Source: Lama glama (lineage: Eukaryota). From it: 64,000 nt of DNA. Shown in pieces: positions 39,560-52,615 of the stretch. The position numbers and the translations under genes were made by a program. The notes under the pieces were generated by a model. The model was given only the letters and a program-made list of their open reading frames with translations, did not search any database and was not told the DNA's origin. Each line of letters starts with the position of its first letter. The stretch's first letter is position 1. The stretch spans positions 32,242,001 to 32,306,000 of the forward strand of contig CM052816.1 of NCBI GenBank assembly GCA_028534125.1. Reading direction: 5' to 3'.

Positions 39560-40510
39560 TTCTATTATTAGATCATAATGTAGAAATAGATGACAAAATA
39601 AATATACATACATTGATACTGATATAAATAAATGATTGAAGAAAGGGAGGAAGGAAGACATTTCTTACAGAAAAATTCCAAATAATAATACTCTCCTGCC
39701 CCTACTCCAAGGAGGTATAGCTGAATCTCCCGCCTACTTGAGTGTGGGTTGAACTTAAAGACTTGCTTCCAAAGAATAGAGCATAGTAAAGGAAAATAAT
39801 GACTTCACAATGGAAAAACCTGGAACTCTCTATCATATCTAAGTGATCAAAACTAACATCAGCAGGGATAAGTCATGTGGATATATATACCCTTCATGGT
39901 ATAATGAAAGGGGCACTACATGTCTGTGTTATTCTTCCCCAGGATTCATAACCCAGTCTAACCATGGAAAAAAAAAATCAGACAAGTCCATAGTGGGGGA
40001 TATTCTACAAAATAGCCGACCAGCACTGCTAAAGATCATTTAGGTCATGAAAAACAAAAGACCAGGAAGCTATCACAGACCAGAGGAGACCATGGAGCAT
40101 GGAGACACGACAACCAACGCAATGTGGTACCCTAGATTGGATCCTAGATTGGAAAATGAACATCAGTGAAAAAACAAGCCCTGTCCTCTTTCCTATGTGT
40201 CTCTCCTGAGTGTCTTTCATAAGGACCTTTGTCATTGGATTTAAAGCCTACTCAGATAATCTAGAACACTCTCATCTTGAGATCCTTAATTTAACTACAT
40301 CTGCAAAGACTCTTTCTCCAAATAAGGTCACATCCACAGATTCCAGGGGTCAGAGTGTGGACATGTATTTTGCAGGCCACCATTCAATCCATTTACAGAT
40401 GTTTAACATTAGGGGAAGATGGGTGCCGTGTATATGGGAACTTGCAGTACTCTCTTTGTAAATTTTCTGTAAAATTATTCCAAAATAAAAACTGCATTTA
40501 AAAAATAGTT
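39560..40510 (+). mobile_element. L1MC4-like 3' region interrupted by a minus-strand MLT1 fragment (40180-40395)
   Basis: L1MC-type gtgatcaaaactaacatcagcagggataagtcatg. The MLT1 part has actacatctgcaaagactctttctccaaataaggtcacat. Confidence 0.7.
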
Positions 40511-43500
40511 AACATTTAAGCAAGGTTCACTTATGACATAAAAATTCAGAGACTAAAAGAGTAAAAAGAAGCATCCACAGACATCCCTTTGTAGGCAGCA
40601 AAACTGGTGGCAACTGTTATCTATAAATTTGCAATGAATAACACTTAGATTAATAACAATACTTTAGCAGACACTTGGATTATATTTTGTCTTTGAAAGG
40701 ATGTCTAAATCACCAAAGATAGAAAACCACCCTGATCTTTCAAATATCTTCAAGCAGAACTTGGAAGCGGGCAATATGAAATTGCTTTCATATTTGGTTA
40801 CTTTTCTTCCCCTTTTTAATTACAGATTTAGAAGAAGGGTCAATCACTGCAAAAACATATATATTACTTGCAAATTCAAAAATTATATGATTTTGAGTAC
40901 TCATCACATCACACTAAAATTCCAAAATCTAAAAAATCTGATTTAATTTATTCAGTGCTTCGAACAAATTCAAGATAAATGGTTCTAACGGTTGATCTTT
41001 CCTCTCTATCAACAAAGACATTCCTACAACTCAAACTGGTAATTTAAAAGCTTAAAATAATTATGTGGAGTTGCCTGGCCTGAACTTTCTTTTTTCTTTT
41101 TTGGTCTTCTTTCTAAGATACAGTCATATATAATGGCCATGGATCTGTTTTCTTTTAATTTCCTTGGGTTATTTTCCTTAATATTATAAAATGTGATCCA
41201 CTGTCTCAAATGGTTCACGTTGAAAAGTGATTTCAGACTTATACACAATTCTCACTCCTATGGTTAGAACTCAGCACCTACTGGTGTACAGGAGAGAGTC
41301 TGCAATCAGATGACAATCAGATACAGACAAAATCTCAGACACGGAATACAAGAACGTCAGGTCTCACAGCCCCTGCCTGGATCCACTCTTAACTGCAGGC
41401 CAACTTATCTGACTTAGGCAGAATGACCACCCTCTCGTTCCAGAGACGTCCAGTGCCAGAATGCAAATTAACAGAAAAGACGGGAAATTGACTAAAGGTT
41501 CTCTGAGCTTCTGAACACAGAATGTACCAACTTTCTTAAAACAAGTCACTCAGGAAGCTTGTTAGGGAGAATATAATCCCTGTCTTCTTCCCTCTGAGAA
41601 CACACTACAGATCTTCTCAGACCCCACCTTTTCCTGACCACCAGATCCCCAAATCAGAACTTATTCTGGTATTTATTTATTTATTTATTTATTTATTTTT
41701 GGGAACCTATTCTGGTATTTAATTGGCACATTTACTGATGTAATGGAAAGAAGGTGAAGATACAGCATATCATGATGTTTAAAAACTATACATATGAGCT
41801 TTTCCCCTCATAGCCAGTTCGTAAGTCATAAAACCATCTGCTTTCCTTACCAATCCAGAGATGTCCTCTTATTTGTCCTCCTTCACCTCCTCCTGTCTCA
41901 TGTGAACCAGACGAACACTCCCTTTCTCATGCCCATAACCCAGATGTAAATTGTAGTCATCCCACCTAAAGCCAAATGATCCCTGAAATGTGCCAAGTGT
42001 TCAGTTCTACTCAGCAGTGTTACCTTCAGAAAGAAGCCCTTGCTTTGGCTGCAAGAGGAAAGTTTCTGGCAGTTGTCTCCTTTCATTTTCCACCATCTGT
42101 TTGTTTCTATACCTTCCTAATCTTTCTTTCTTCACAGAAATCGTTCATTTTCATCAAGTTTCATGAGAAAAGGTGTCTAAGTGACCATCCCTTCCCACCA
42201 ACACCCTAAGGACTGTTCCAGAAGAAGAATTATAACACCTAGACTTCTAAGCTAGGTATGCAAAGAGGATTTGAGCTAAATTATTTTGGTAGAGGCAGAA
42301 CATGGGGCATCTGAGTCTTACGGTGCAAACCCAGGCTCTGTGGGCATTGTCTCTGCTCCCTGTATCCTATCCTTCTAAGGGTCCCTGGAGAGAGCTGCCT
42401 CTGGAACATGCATGGAGCCTTTCACTCTGGGCTGTAAGATTCCTCAGCTTCAATGATCGCCCCTACCATGACTACTCTGCTTAGAATCCTACAGGTTTGA
42501 GGTCCACTGCCTCTTCTGCTTGCTGATGGCCTTCCTCCCATTTCACAGCTCTCACTGTCTCCCCGCTTCCCACATGCCTGAATTCATTGCTTCCCCACTA
42601 CCTCTTAAGTATCATTTAAAAATTTACTAGATACTGAAAGTTACTTTATCTGTTCTCCTAAAACAACATCTGGTATTTCAAAGCATAGATGTCATGCCAG
42701 ATGAAAATATGAACTTCATTTGGCTGTGGATATGAATATGAATAAAAATGCTTGTAAGTATGGCTCAAGAAGAACCTATTCATAGAAAGGTAATACCTTT
42801 ACTATAATGAAGAACTCACCATGATAACTGAGAAGTCACTCAAAAGTGATCTAAGAATAGGACTTTAGAAACTAAGTTGTGCCATCTGGACTGCATAGAT
42901 CAATCAGCAAGACTAGAGAGCAATGTTGAAAGAGTGAGATTTTCAGTCAGAGCATTAAGGCTCAAATCCTATATCCACTGCTTACTAGCCATGTGACCTT
43001 AAGATTATTTCCTTTGAAGTGCACGTGCATAATAAATTTTTTAGTAAATCTGTTGTGCTCCCATTTTTCCATGCCTGACTATACTCATTCCCTTTGGCTT
43101 CCAACTCCTCCCATTAGAAGTGGAGATGGTGTCCTTGCTCTCTGAATCAGGGCTGGCCTTGCACTCTGGCCAGCAGGATGCAGCAGAAGTTATGAAGTAC
43201 TGGAGCCTAGCCTGGGCCTTGAGAGGACTTCATGCACCACTCACTCTCTGGAAACCTATACCATCAATGTCAGCGAGCCTGGGCTAGCCTGCTGGAGACA
43301 CAGATATCCTTCCTGTTCCAGGAACACAGAAGCAAAAGCAGTTTTTCCTATTGATTCCACTGTAAGAAAAGCCCTAGAGAAGGGCTCTCATTAGCCTTGT
43401 TTGGGTCATGTCATACCTGAACCTACCATGATAGCCAGGCGAATGTAGCTCTGGGACCCTATTAGGTCTTGTGTCGATTCCTGTGTGAAGATAGGAAGCT

Positions 43501-46254
43501 GAGTCTGCATTAGCAGAGTAGGAAAGGAGAGGAGATGTGCTGAGTTGCAAAAATAATAATACCAGAGGCCTGGAATAATTCATTACATGTACAACTGTCC
43601 CTCACTATCACTGGACAACATCTTTGGACTTGGAGTCTACAGTCCAGTAAGGCAGAAGGAAAATAAACTTGTCCTCAGAAACAGAATTCGGGGCTCTTTG
43701 CTTAGTTCTCTCTCTATAATCAATCTTTATAATCCTCTTAACCACCATGATATGGAACAGCTCTGGGAATATAAGGGAAATTAAACTAACATACATGTAG
43801 TTTTAAGGAAACACACTTTATTATACTTGACTTTCCATTCTGTCACCAACACAGAAATATTCCCGTTGCATTCTAACAAGGTTTTGGTGTTCTGGATACT
43901 GAGATTTTAGAGGCTTAAGTTGTCATGGCTGAATTTATACCTAGGCTTTAAAGATGATGTCTCTTGTGAGGTAAATCACAGAAATGTGGAGAAAGAAGAA
44001 AACTTAGAGATAACTTAAATCCAAATTGGGTGAAGATAGCAAAGATATCTCAAGTGATGGGCTTTGGGGCCACAGATGCTGCAGGTGTTGCTACTGCTGC
44101 TCTTGTCCAGTGCATGGTGTAGATGCTGCAAGCATAAATGTGGAATCCAGGTATAGTGCTGAACTTGGGGGATACTTTATTCAGTATCATTATGCAGACT
44201 GAATGTCTTATAAAATTTAAAACTAGTAAATACACAATCTAGTGTAATTTACAACAAACTGTTGCTATTGCTCAGAGATCAATCCAGAAATTAGGAATTC
44301 CAGCAAACAACTGAGCAGATTAAGATGTATGCCCTCTACCCATTCTGTCTACTTAATGATATTCTAATCACTGTCTCATTTTCATTTGAACTGAAATGCA
44401 CAGCTAACTGTATAATTTTAAACAGCTAAACTAGTTAAGGAAATGATTTGCTTGTGTCAACTCTTCCTGGGGTATGTCAGAGCCTGACAGAAATTTTCAG
44501 GTAATTACATTACCTTAGACAGCAGTTGTGTTATGAAGAAACTTAAAATTCAAGGACAAAGTAAATATTTTTTGCTGCACATACGAGTAAAAAATTGCAG
44601 AACTATCTCATTAATTCCAAGAGGTGTGAGGAATTCTTTAATATTTAATTGTATTTAATTGACCATTCCTTTTATCTCCTTGAATTTAGTCTGCCTATGA
44701 CTTCATCTACAAAACGTAAAAACCACATGTAGACTGAATCAGCAGAGTTAGTATGTGCTCACATGTGCTCACAATACCATATCTTACCAAAGCTTACCTG
44801 TAGTAAGTTTAGCAGAGAGGAAAACTACTGGAGAAACAAGAAACACAGAAAATAGTCTTAACACTATATTTAGGCCACAAAGGACAATTGGCATGCCAAC
44901 AGAAAGAAAACATTAAAGTTCAGTTAATTAAATCCTTTCTAGAAAAAATTCTGGGTACAAATAAATATTTACAAATAGTATTTAAGATAGATAAATGGAC
45001 GCAGATACAGATCTTCATTGTAAGGTAAAACGGAAACACAACTACAAAGCTAGAAGGAATCAGGAGATCTACAGGTGGAGAAATTTAGGGCCCAAGGAGT
45101 GACTTACTATTAGCTCTGCTATTTGGTGACAAAACCACATCTAGAATCTATCCATGGCTCTGGCATTTTCACTCATAGCTGTAGCCAGTTCATCTATTTA
45201 AGCTGGTCTACACAGGATGCATGCAGAAAGCAGCTTTATTCTTTTTTCCAGTATCTCTTCAAACCTGCTTTTTGGACTCCTTTTCTATGTTTGAATGGAA
45301 ACGTGGGACGGTCCCACAGTTCTCTTTGTTCCTTTAAGTTGAAAGAACAGTTTTATTTGGGTATTTTAAAAGCCCCTTTTGTTTACTGCCCAAATCCCCA
45401 AATCTTCTTTAATTTAAACTGGCTCCATCTTCCTAAGATTCTGGCAGGAGCATGGAGTTAGTTTCCTCTGGCTTTTTTGCTCCACCTCTGCCCATGATCA
45501 CACAGCAAATAAGCAGCAGGGCCAGGATTTGAAGCTAGACGGTCTGTGTCTAGTTAGTTAACCTCCTCTCATTGGCCTCCTGTAATAGCCTGTTAGTCTC
45601 CCGCAACAGGCCCTGATTACTGGCTGTCTACCCCTCCAGGCAACCTTTTAAAATAACCCCACTTGTGGTCTAGGGGAAACCCCTACCTTTGCCACACCCA
45701 CTTCACAGTGGTGGAGATAGTCTCCCCCAAAGCACTCTCTCTCTTTTGAGCCTCTGTAGGCCCAGGTGGCTCCAGCCATTCTCTTTAGTGAGCGTCGCTG
45801 TCCTTGTGTCTCCCAAACTGCCACATACGTCAAGTTCTCCCCACAGTTCCCTGTAGGCGGACACGAATCTTACAGTATGCCAGTAACTGTCTCAAACAGT
45901 CTTCATCACCAATTCTTTGGCTCCAACCCCAGAGGTGAGCAATGGGCTAAAAGAGGCAGAACTGGCTGCCCGGTCATATAACACAAACTGCTTAGGTGAT
46001 CTCTTTAGGATTTGTAAGTATTTGGTACCTACTGTGTTTATCTTGGCATTGGGGCTTTGACCATATCTCTGAGACAATAGGAAGAAAGGTCACATTTAAA
46101 ATCCTGATACTGTCTCTGCTGACTAATGACATCGAAAAGAAACAAAAAATAAAACCTACTAGGATTATTGGGATAAATTAGTATTGAGAAATTTTTAAAG
46201 ATGACTTTTCTTAAGGATTCCTGTTAGCTTAATAATGCATTAAAAATAAATATA

Positions 46255-47700
46255 AACTCTTAGAATTAGATGGGACTTCTAAATCCATTCAACTATTTAT
46301 CAGTTGCTAAGATATTTCCAAGTTCTTACCCATCCATGCTTGAACACCCTAATGATGGAGAAATCACCATCTCTTCAAATAGTTTGTTTCCATCTGGGAT
46401 TAATTCCAACCATCAGAAAGTCATTGTATGAAACTCAGAACTGCCTCTTTAAGCTTTCCACCCCTAGATCTTAATTTGATCCCTTGGGATCACACAGAAC
46501 AAGTCTAATCCCCCTCACATGACAGAGTTCCAAACACGTGATGCCAGTGTCACTCCACCTTCCAATACTGCATTTTCTAATACCCAGTTCTTCAGCCACT
46601 TCCTCTGTAACACAGCTTGCATTGTTCTTGTTATCTTGCTTATCCTTTTACTGAATAGTCTCTAGCCTGCCTATGGTCCATTTGAGGTACAGCACCTAGA
46701 ACTGAAGAGAGAGTGGTCCAGCCAGTAAAAAAGGGAACATCTCTCTCCTTCACCGTAGCACACTTTTTGATAAATAAAAACTAAGTTAACATTTACTCTG
46801 CTGACAGCCATGGCACAAGCTGATTTATACTATGTTCACTGCCAATGACTTCCCTTAAGTCTTTTCCAGATGTGCTACAGCTAAGATATGCCTTACCCTG
46901 TATACATGCTGGTGACTGTAGGATGCAAGTAATAGCCTTTACACATGTTTTCTTTAAAATCATTCTTTTAACACTCACCAAGTTCAAGTAGCCTGAGATT
47001 TTAGAACTTGCCCATTCAATTTCTTCTAACTTCCTATCATCTCAAATTTTACAAGAGCGCTTCAACATCTTCATCCAAATCACCAATAAAAAGGATTAAA
47101 GGAAAAAGGCCAAGGGCATCCCTAGAATTATCCCTCCATTTGACACCAGTTTATTAAACAACATCCCCTTGGGAGACTTTCAGCTAATTATCAACATACA
47201 TAATGACACACCTCACTTCAGCCAGAGGTGCACAACGAGAAACTCAGTCACAGGCCTTATTTAGATTCGGATTTCTAGGTTCTCCACCCTTCCCAGCTCT
47301 GGAGGTCTGGACACCTTGTTAAAAAAGAACTTTTGCTGTGATGGATGTTAAACTCATTCTGGTTGCTCATGAATAAGTAATGCTGCTCCTAAGGCCTCAC
47401 CAATCATTTACTTGCTAGTACAGTACAGACTTGAGAGCACGTTTGTTGTTTCAGACCAGAGTTCACTGTAATTGCTCCTCTTTCCTTTTGAAAGTCTGAA
47501 GGACAGAATCCTCAAACTTCCCCCATTTTTCAGCCCTTCTTGGTTCTTCATGATTTCTCACAGATTCCTGACAGAAGTTCTGTGTGCTCAATTTCAAGTT
47601 GCCTCGATACTCAGGAACTGAATTTATTCAGCAGAAAGACTTCAAATCTCTAATGGATCAGCTCAGAATTCTCTTTCAGCAGCTAAAACAAATATTACCA
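46255..47700 (-). mobile_element. L3/CR1 LINE remnant
   Basis: Contains tgcttgaacacc...atggagaaatcaccatctc and cccttgggatcacacagaacaagtctaatccc, typical of the L3 3' region. Confidence 0.65.
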
Positions 47701-48459
47701 TTAACACAACTAAAGCCACTCATCAGAAACACAGGTTTTGGGTTTTGTGCTGTTGGAGCTACACTGTGCCTCACAGGAGCACCGGTCTCAGAGGAGATCT
47801 TCCAATGCTGTCTGTTCCCCCAAAGAAAGACTCTAGCACCACGAAAGAGAAAAGTTACTGATATAGAAACACATGTTCCTAAAAATACCCTTGGAAATGT
47901 ATGGATATGAAACACATGCCACATGTACTTAGTTATAAAAATAAAAAATCTGATTTTTATCTAGCAACTATTTATTTCCAGAAAGTAAGTGACTAAGCAC
48001 TGCAGTCAAGTCATACCTGACTTAAAAAAAATTAAGACAGATTGAGCTGTATAACCCACAAAAGAAGCGTCTATTAATAATTCAACTCCAATTGTTATGT
48101 ATATTTCCTGACAGGCTGGATGCTGAATAAAAGCACCAGCTTTATTTTCCTGATTGGCTTAGGACATATAGTTCTGTGGCACAGGGAATCTTACTACTGA
48201 AAGATGTTTCATTTTTGCCTGGACTGGAATACTGGATTACTCAAAATAGCATATTATAACAGGTCTTTCCTATGCAACTTGACCAGATTTTTTAAAAAGT
48301 CAAAGCAATATCTCTGAAAAACTAGTATAAAACCGGGTTTAAAAAACACCTAGGGTGATTCTACTCAAACCATGGATATTCAATTGCTAATTTCATTCCA
48401 GTTAAAGTAACTGAATGTGCGTCTATAAATTATAGTGTGGATTTGGTGCTTGGCTTGTA

Positions 48460-48473
48460 CTGCCACCTAGTGG
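48460..48473 (-). promoter_or_regulatory. CTCF consensus motif
   Basis: Reverse complement CCACTAGGTGGCAG is a perfect match to CCASYAGRKGGCRS, in non-repetitive sequence. Confidence 0.6.
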
Positions 48474-50626
48474 TTTCCTGCTTGTACTAACATCAGGCCC
48501 GTTACATTTCTTGAATTAGTATTCATTCAGCAGTCTTTTTGCAGTATCACCTTCAATACCACAAGTCAGTGCCTCCTCTAAGATCTCTAAAATGGTGACG
48601 CAGAAGAGATTTTACATGAAGTCTTTGGTAACCAAGTTAAGACAAACCATATCTTATTCAAACACTTCACTTATATGTGAACGCAGTAAGCATAATGATT
48701 AGTGAATAATAAAAAATCAGTAAGAAAAAAAACTTAAGCTCAATCATACCCCAAAATAAGAACAAAATGAAAGAAAGAGACAAAGCCTCTCTAAACATAG
48801 ACCTGCCTAGCTTTTAGTTTAAAAAAAATCAACATATAAATATCAGAAAAACAAATTGGAAATTTAGGGGTATAAATTTGCATTTATACAAATGAGTAGT
48901 GTTACAAAAATATTTTTCACAGAATTTCTTAAGGTATTAATACTTTTTGAGATGTCAGAATTCATGTTTCTCTTTTGTGAAGTATTTCTTTCTGTCTTCA
49001 GTCCTACTGGATTCTCAGTATTCATATGAATTAACATGAATATTTTATTATTGAGTATTATGTTTGTTAGAATTATAAGAATTTGGCTAATAGATACATG
49101 GAATTTCTCTTTCATTATTAAAGATAAAGCTTTAAATTTTGCCAAATCAAGATTATTATTTTCTTACTCCTTTCATTTATTTATTTTTAAATACTATTTA
49201 TTATTTTGAAAGGTAATACTTTCTCAAGCCAAAAAGTAAGAAAAGTCTCTCTACTATGTCTTCATTCACTGTAAGCAGTTTCCTTCAGAAACAGCCATTG
49301 ATTGTTAAGTTTAGCAAGTCCTTTCTACCATCAAACAAATATTTTCACTTAGCCTATTACTTGATTATTTTCCATTTAATTCTTTGAACTACACAGGCCT
49401 TATTTTGATTTATATCAAATATTTGTTTTCTAAAATGACAAATCACTCTTGCCAGCAACATGTGTGAGTTAAGCCCTCCTTTCTCTGATGATTTGTGATG
49501 TTTGCTTTAAGACATATTAAGATTTAACATTTAGTGAGAATGGCTTATTAGTTATATTTTCTACTACACTGACAGGTGAGCGCCTGTGCCAATATTATGT
49601 TGATTTAATTATCTTATAAAGTTGAGACTATGTTTTAGTATTTAATGTTAGAATATGTTTAATATTGAGTAATAAGGAAGGAGTTAGTCCTCCACCATTA
49701 CTCTTCTTTTTCTAAATTGTTCTGGCTATTCTCATCAGTTTCTTATTCCAAATGGACTTCAGAATAATTTTGTTAGGTTGCCAAAGAATTTAACCAAGTT
49801 ACTTTAATAAAGAGACTTTGTGAGAATTGTTCTAAATTATAAATTATTTTGGGAAGAATTATTACCTTTACAGATAGGCTGTTAGTAGAAAAAGCAGGAT
49901 TAGTGATAAGCCTTCCAACGTTCTTATGCTGCATGGGTTTTCAAGGAACAAATTGATGAAGAAACTCAAAAGGTGTTTTGTGCCTGCAATGTGGCAAGAG
50001 ATATGCAGAGAAATCCCCTAATTCACAATAATTTAAAATGCTGGATAAAATACTTTAAAATGTCTTTCTAAATGCATGGCTGAGTTGGTTGAAAGATAAG
50101 GGAAGTCCTCAGAGGCCACACATAAAAGATAGCATGAACCAAAGCAAGTTCTGGAGCTGTCATTTGCCTGGGACGTCTACCTACCTATCCATGGTGGCTT
50201 AGAGCTCAGGCTTCACAGGACCATATGGGAGTCAGAAGGTGAGACATGAGGCCTGGGCAAGGTAAGAAGTGGAACTAATGACCCACACATAGAGCTGCGA
50301 CGCCTGAAAGGTAACATCCTCAGTAAGTGAACCACCCAGTAAGTAGGGGATGAGGGTAAATCACCCTAGAGAGAGAGACAGTGGAGATAATTAGCCCACA
50401 TATAATGAAGAAGGATGAAACAGGAGGGAAATGTTTCCCCTGAAAATGAGCAGCCCCCTGTCATGCAGGAGAGAGCACGTTCTGTCTGATGTAGAGTGGA
50501 TGGGATGGTCTGACAGTGCTCCCAGGAGCAGTGCCCCAAATGCCCAGCAATACCAGACATAAATCTTTTCCAAAAGAGCAGACCCAAATGATTACCACAG
50601 CTTAATTTCCAAAAAACATATGCTTA

Positions 50627-51130
50627 TGAGGCAGGGATCTAGGGAACAGAAACTCGGGCTCACTGTCTAGAGAATCCTTTAAAAGTTTAAATTTAACCTA
50701 TGCTTGAGGACATGCTTTGCTTGAGTAATGAAAAAAGTTACCCTAAGGGAACAGAAAGTCCTGCCAGCTTAATCTTGTTGGATCACATTGTTTGAGGGTC
50801 CTGCTGGCTTAATCTTGTTCCTGCAAAGGGCTTGCTCCACTACAGAGAAGAATGAGCAGAGGAATGAGCACAAAAAGGACAGCCAGTGAGACAACAAGAA
50901 GCCTCTGAGAACAGATACAAGGACCCAGCCAAGACCCCAAGGGCAAAGTTCTTACATCAAGACACCTGGGATTACCTCTCCCCTGCTAAGTGCCCTTTTG
51001 TCCTTCCCCTTGAGTAATAAGGCAGCCTTCCACTCTGTCCCTCTGCTGAGGCTGCAAATTTTTTCCAGTGGACAAGAACCCACCCTTTGTGGGATCGCCA
51101 TTCTAAGTGGAAGTCTTCCATCCACTAACA
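50627..51130 (+). mobile_element. Solo ERV1-class LTR
   Basis: TG...CA termini, 504 bp, and a 4-bp TSD CTTA (50623-50626 / 51131-51134). Internal duplicated gtcctgc..gcttaatcttgtt. Confidence 0.75.
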
Positions 51131-51384
51131 CTTACAGCTAAAAAAATTCACAAACCTATAAGAAAAGAGACAACATGTGACCGTGAGTTGAAACAGAGTT
51201 ATAGACTATGGCATTTTTGACCTTAAGAATATCAAATGAGTGTGTTTAATATATTTTGAGAAATCAAACGGGGTACATAACAAAGGAACAGAAGACATCA
51301 CAAATAACCTACATCTATGAAAAGGAACCAAAGAGAAACCTGGGAAAATAATTTCAAATAATTGATACTGGAAAGTCAGTATTG

Positions 51385-52615
51385 GGGTCTGGCCCAAGAT
51401 GGCAATATAAGTTAAGAGGCTCTTGACCTCATCCTCCCACAGACACATCGAATCAACAGCTACATTATGAGACAATTCCCTCTGAAAGAAATTCAAAAAC
51501 TACCTGACTGACTCCCACACAATGGACAAACTACAAAAAACCTGCATCAAACTGTGTAGGAGAATCTGAGAAACAATCTCACCATAAACCCCATCCCTGG
51601 TGCAGCAAAACCCAGCTGGGAGGGAACTCACAACTCCCAGCTTCTCTCTGAGGAATGAAGGGCTTAGACTCCTCATCTGGTGCCCCAACTCTTAAGACCT
51701 TCACCTGAAAGATGGGTGCCCAAAACATCTAGTTTTAAAAGCCAGTGGGACTTGTATCCATGAGACCCACATGGCCATAGGGATCTAAAATACAGTTCAT
51801 AAAGGACAGGCACAGACTCACCACGGCTAACCCCCCAGGCCCAGAACAGAACCAGCAGACTGAAACCTGCCCAATCTTTCCAATAAAGAAACTATTTGTA
51901 TGTCTTAACAGCTACGACCTCAGAGGTAGGCTTCTAATTTAACACATATCAAGGAGCTGACTGCATTTTTACTCCCTTCCCCCAACAATTACTAGTTTTG
52001 ACATCATATTTTACATCTTTTTGTTTTGTGTATCCCTTAACTACTTACAGGAGATACAGATGATTTTATTATTTTCGTATTTTAACCCTCCTACTAGCTT
52101 CGTCCATAGTTGATTTATTACCTTTAGAGTATATTTGCCTTTACCAATGAGATTTTTCCTACCATAATTTTCAAGTTTCTAGTTGTGGCTTTTTGTTTTT
52201 CCCTTAGAGAAGTCCATTTAACATTTCTTGTAAAGCCGGTTTGGTGGTGCTAAACTCTTTTAACATTTCTTGTAAAGTTGGTTTGGTGGTGGTAAACCCT
52301 TCAAGCTTTTGCTTGTCTGTAAAACTCCACGTCTCCATCAAATCTGAATGTTAAGCTTTATTACGTAGAGTATTCTTGGTTGTAGGTTCTTCCCTTTCAT
52401 CACTTTAAATGTATCATGCCATTCCCTGCTGGCCTGCAGAGTTTCTGCTGAAAAGTCAGCTGATAGCCTTAGGGGAGTTCCCTTGAAGTAACTTGTTGCT
52501 TTTCCCTTTCTGCTCCTAATATTCTCTCTTTAATTTTTGCCATTTTAATTAAAATGTGTCATGATGTGATCCTCTTTAGGCTGATCTTGTTTGGAGTCTA
52601 TGTACTTCCTGGACC
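51385..52615. mobile_element. L1 5' UTR (+, 51385-51970) joined to an inverted L1 ORF1 segment (-, 51970-52615)
   Basis: L1 start ccaagatggc...cctcatcctcccacagacacatcgaatcaacagctaca. The minus-strand ORF1 part has ctggcctgcagagtttctgctgaaaagtcagctgatagcct. Confidence 0.75.
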
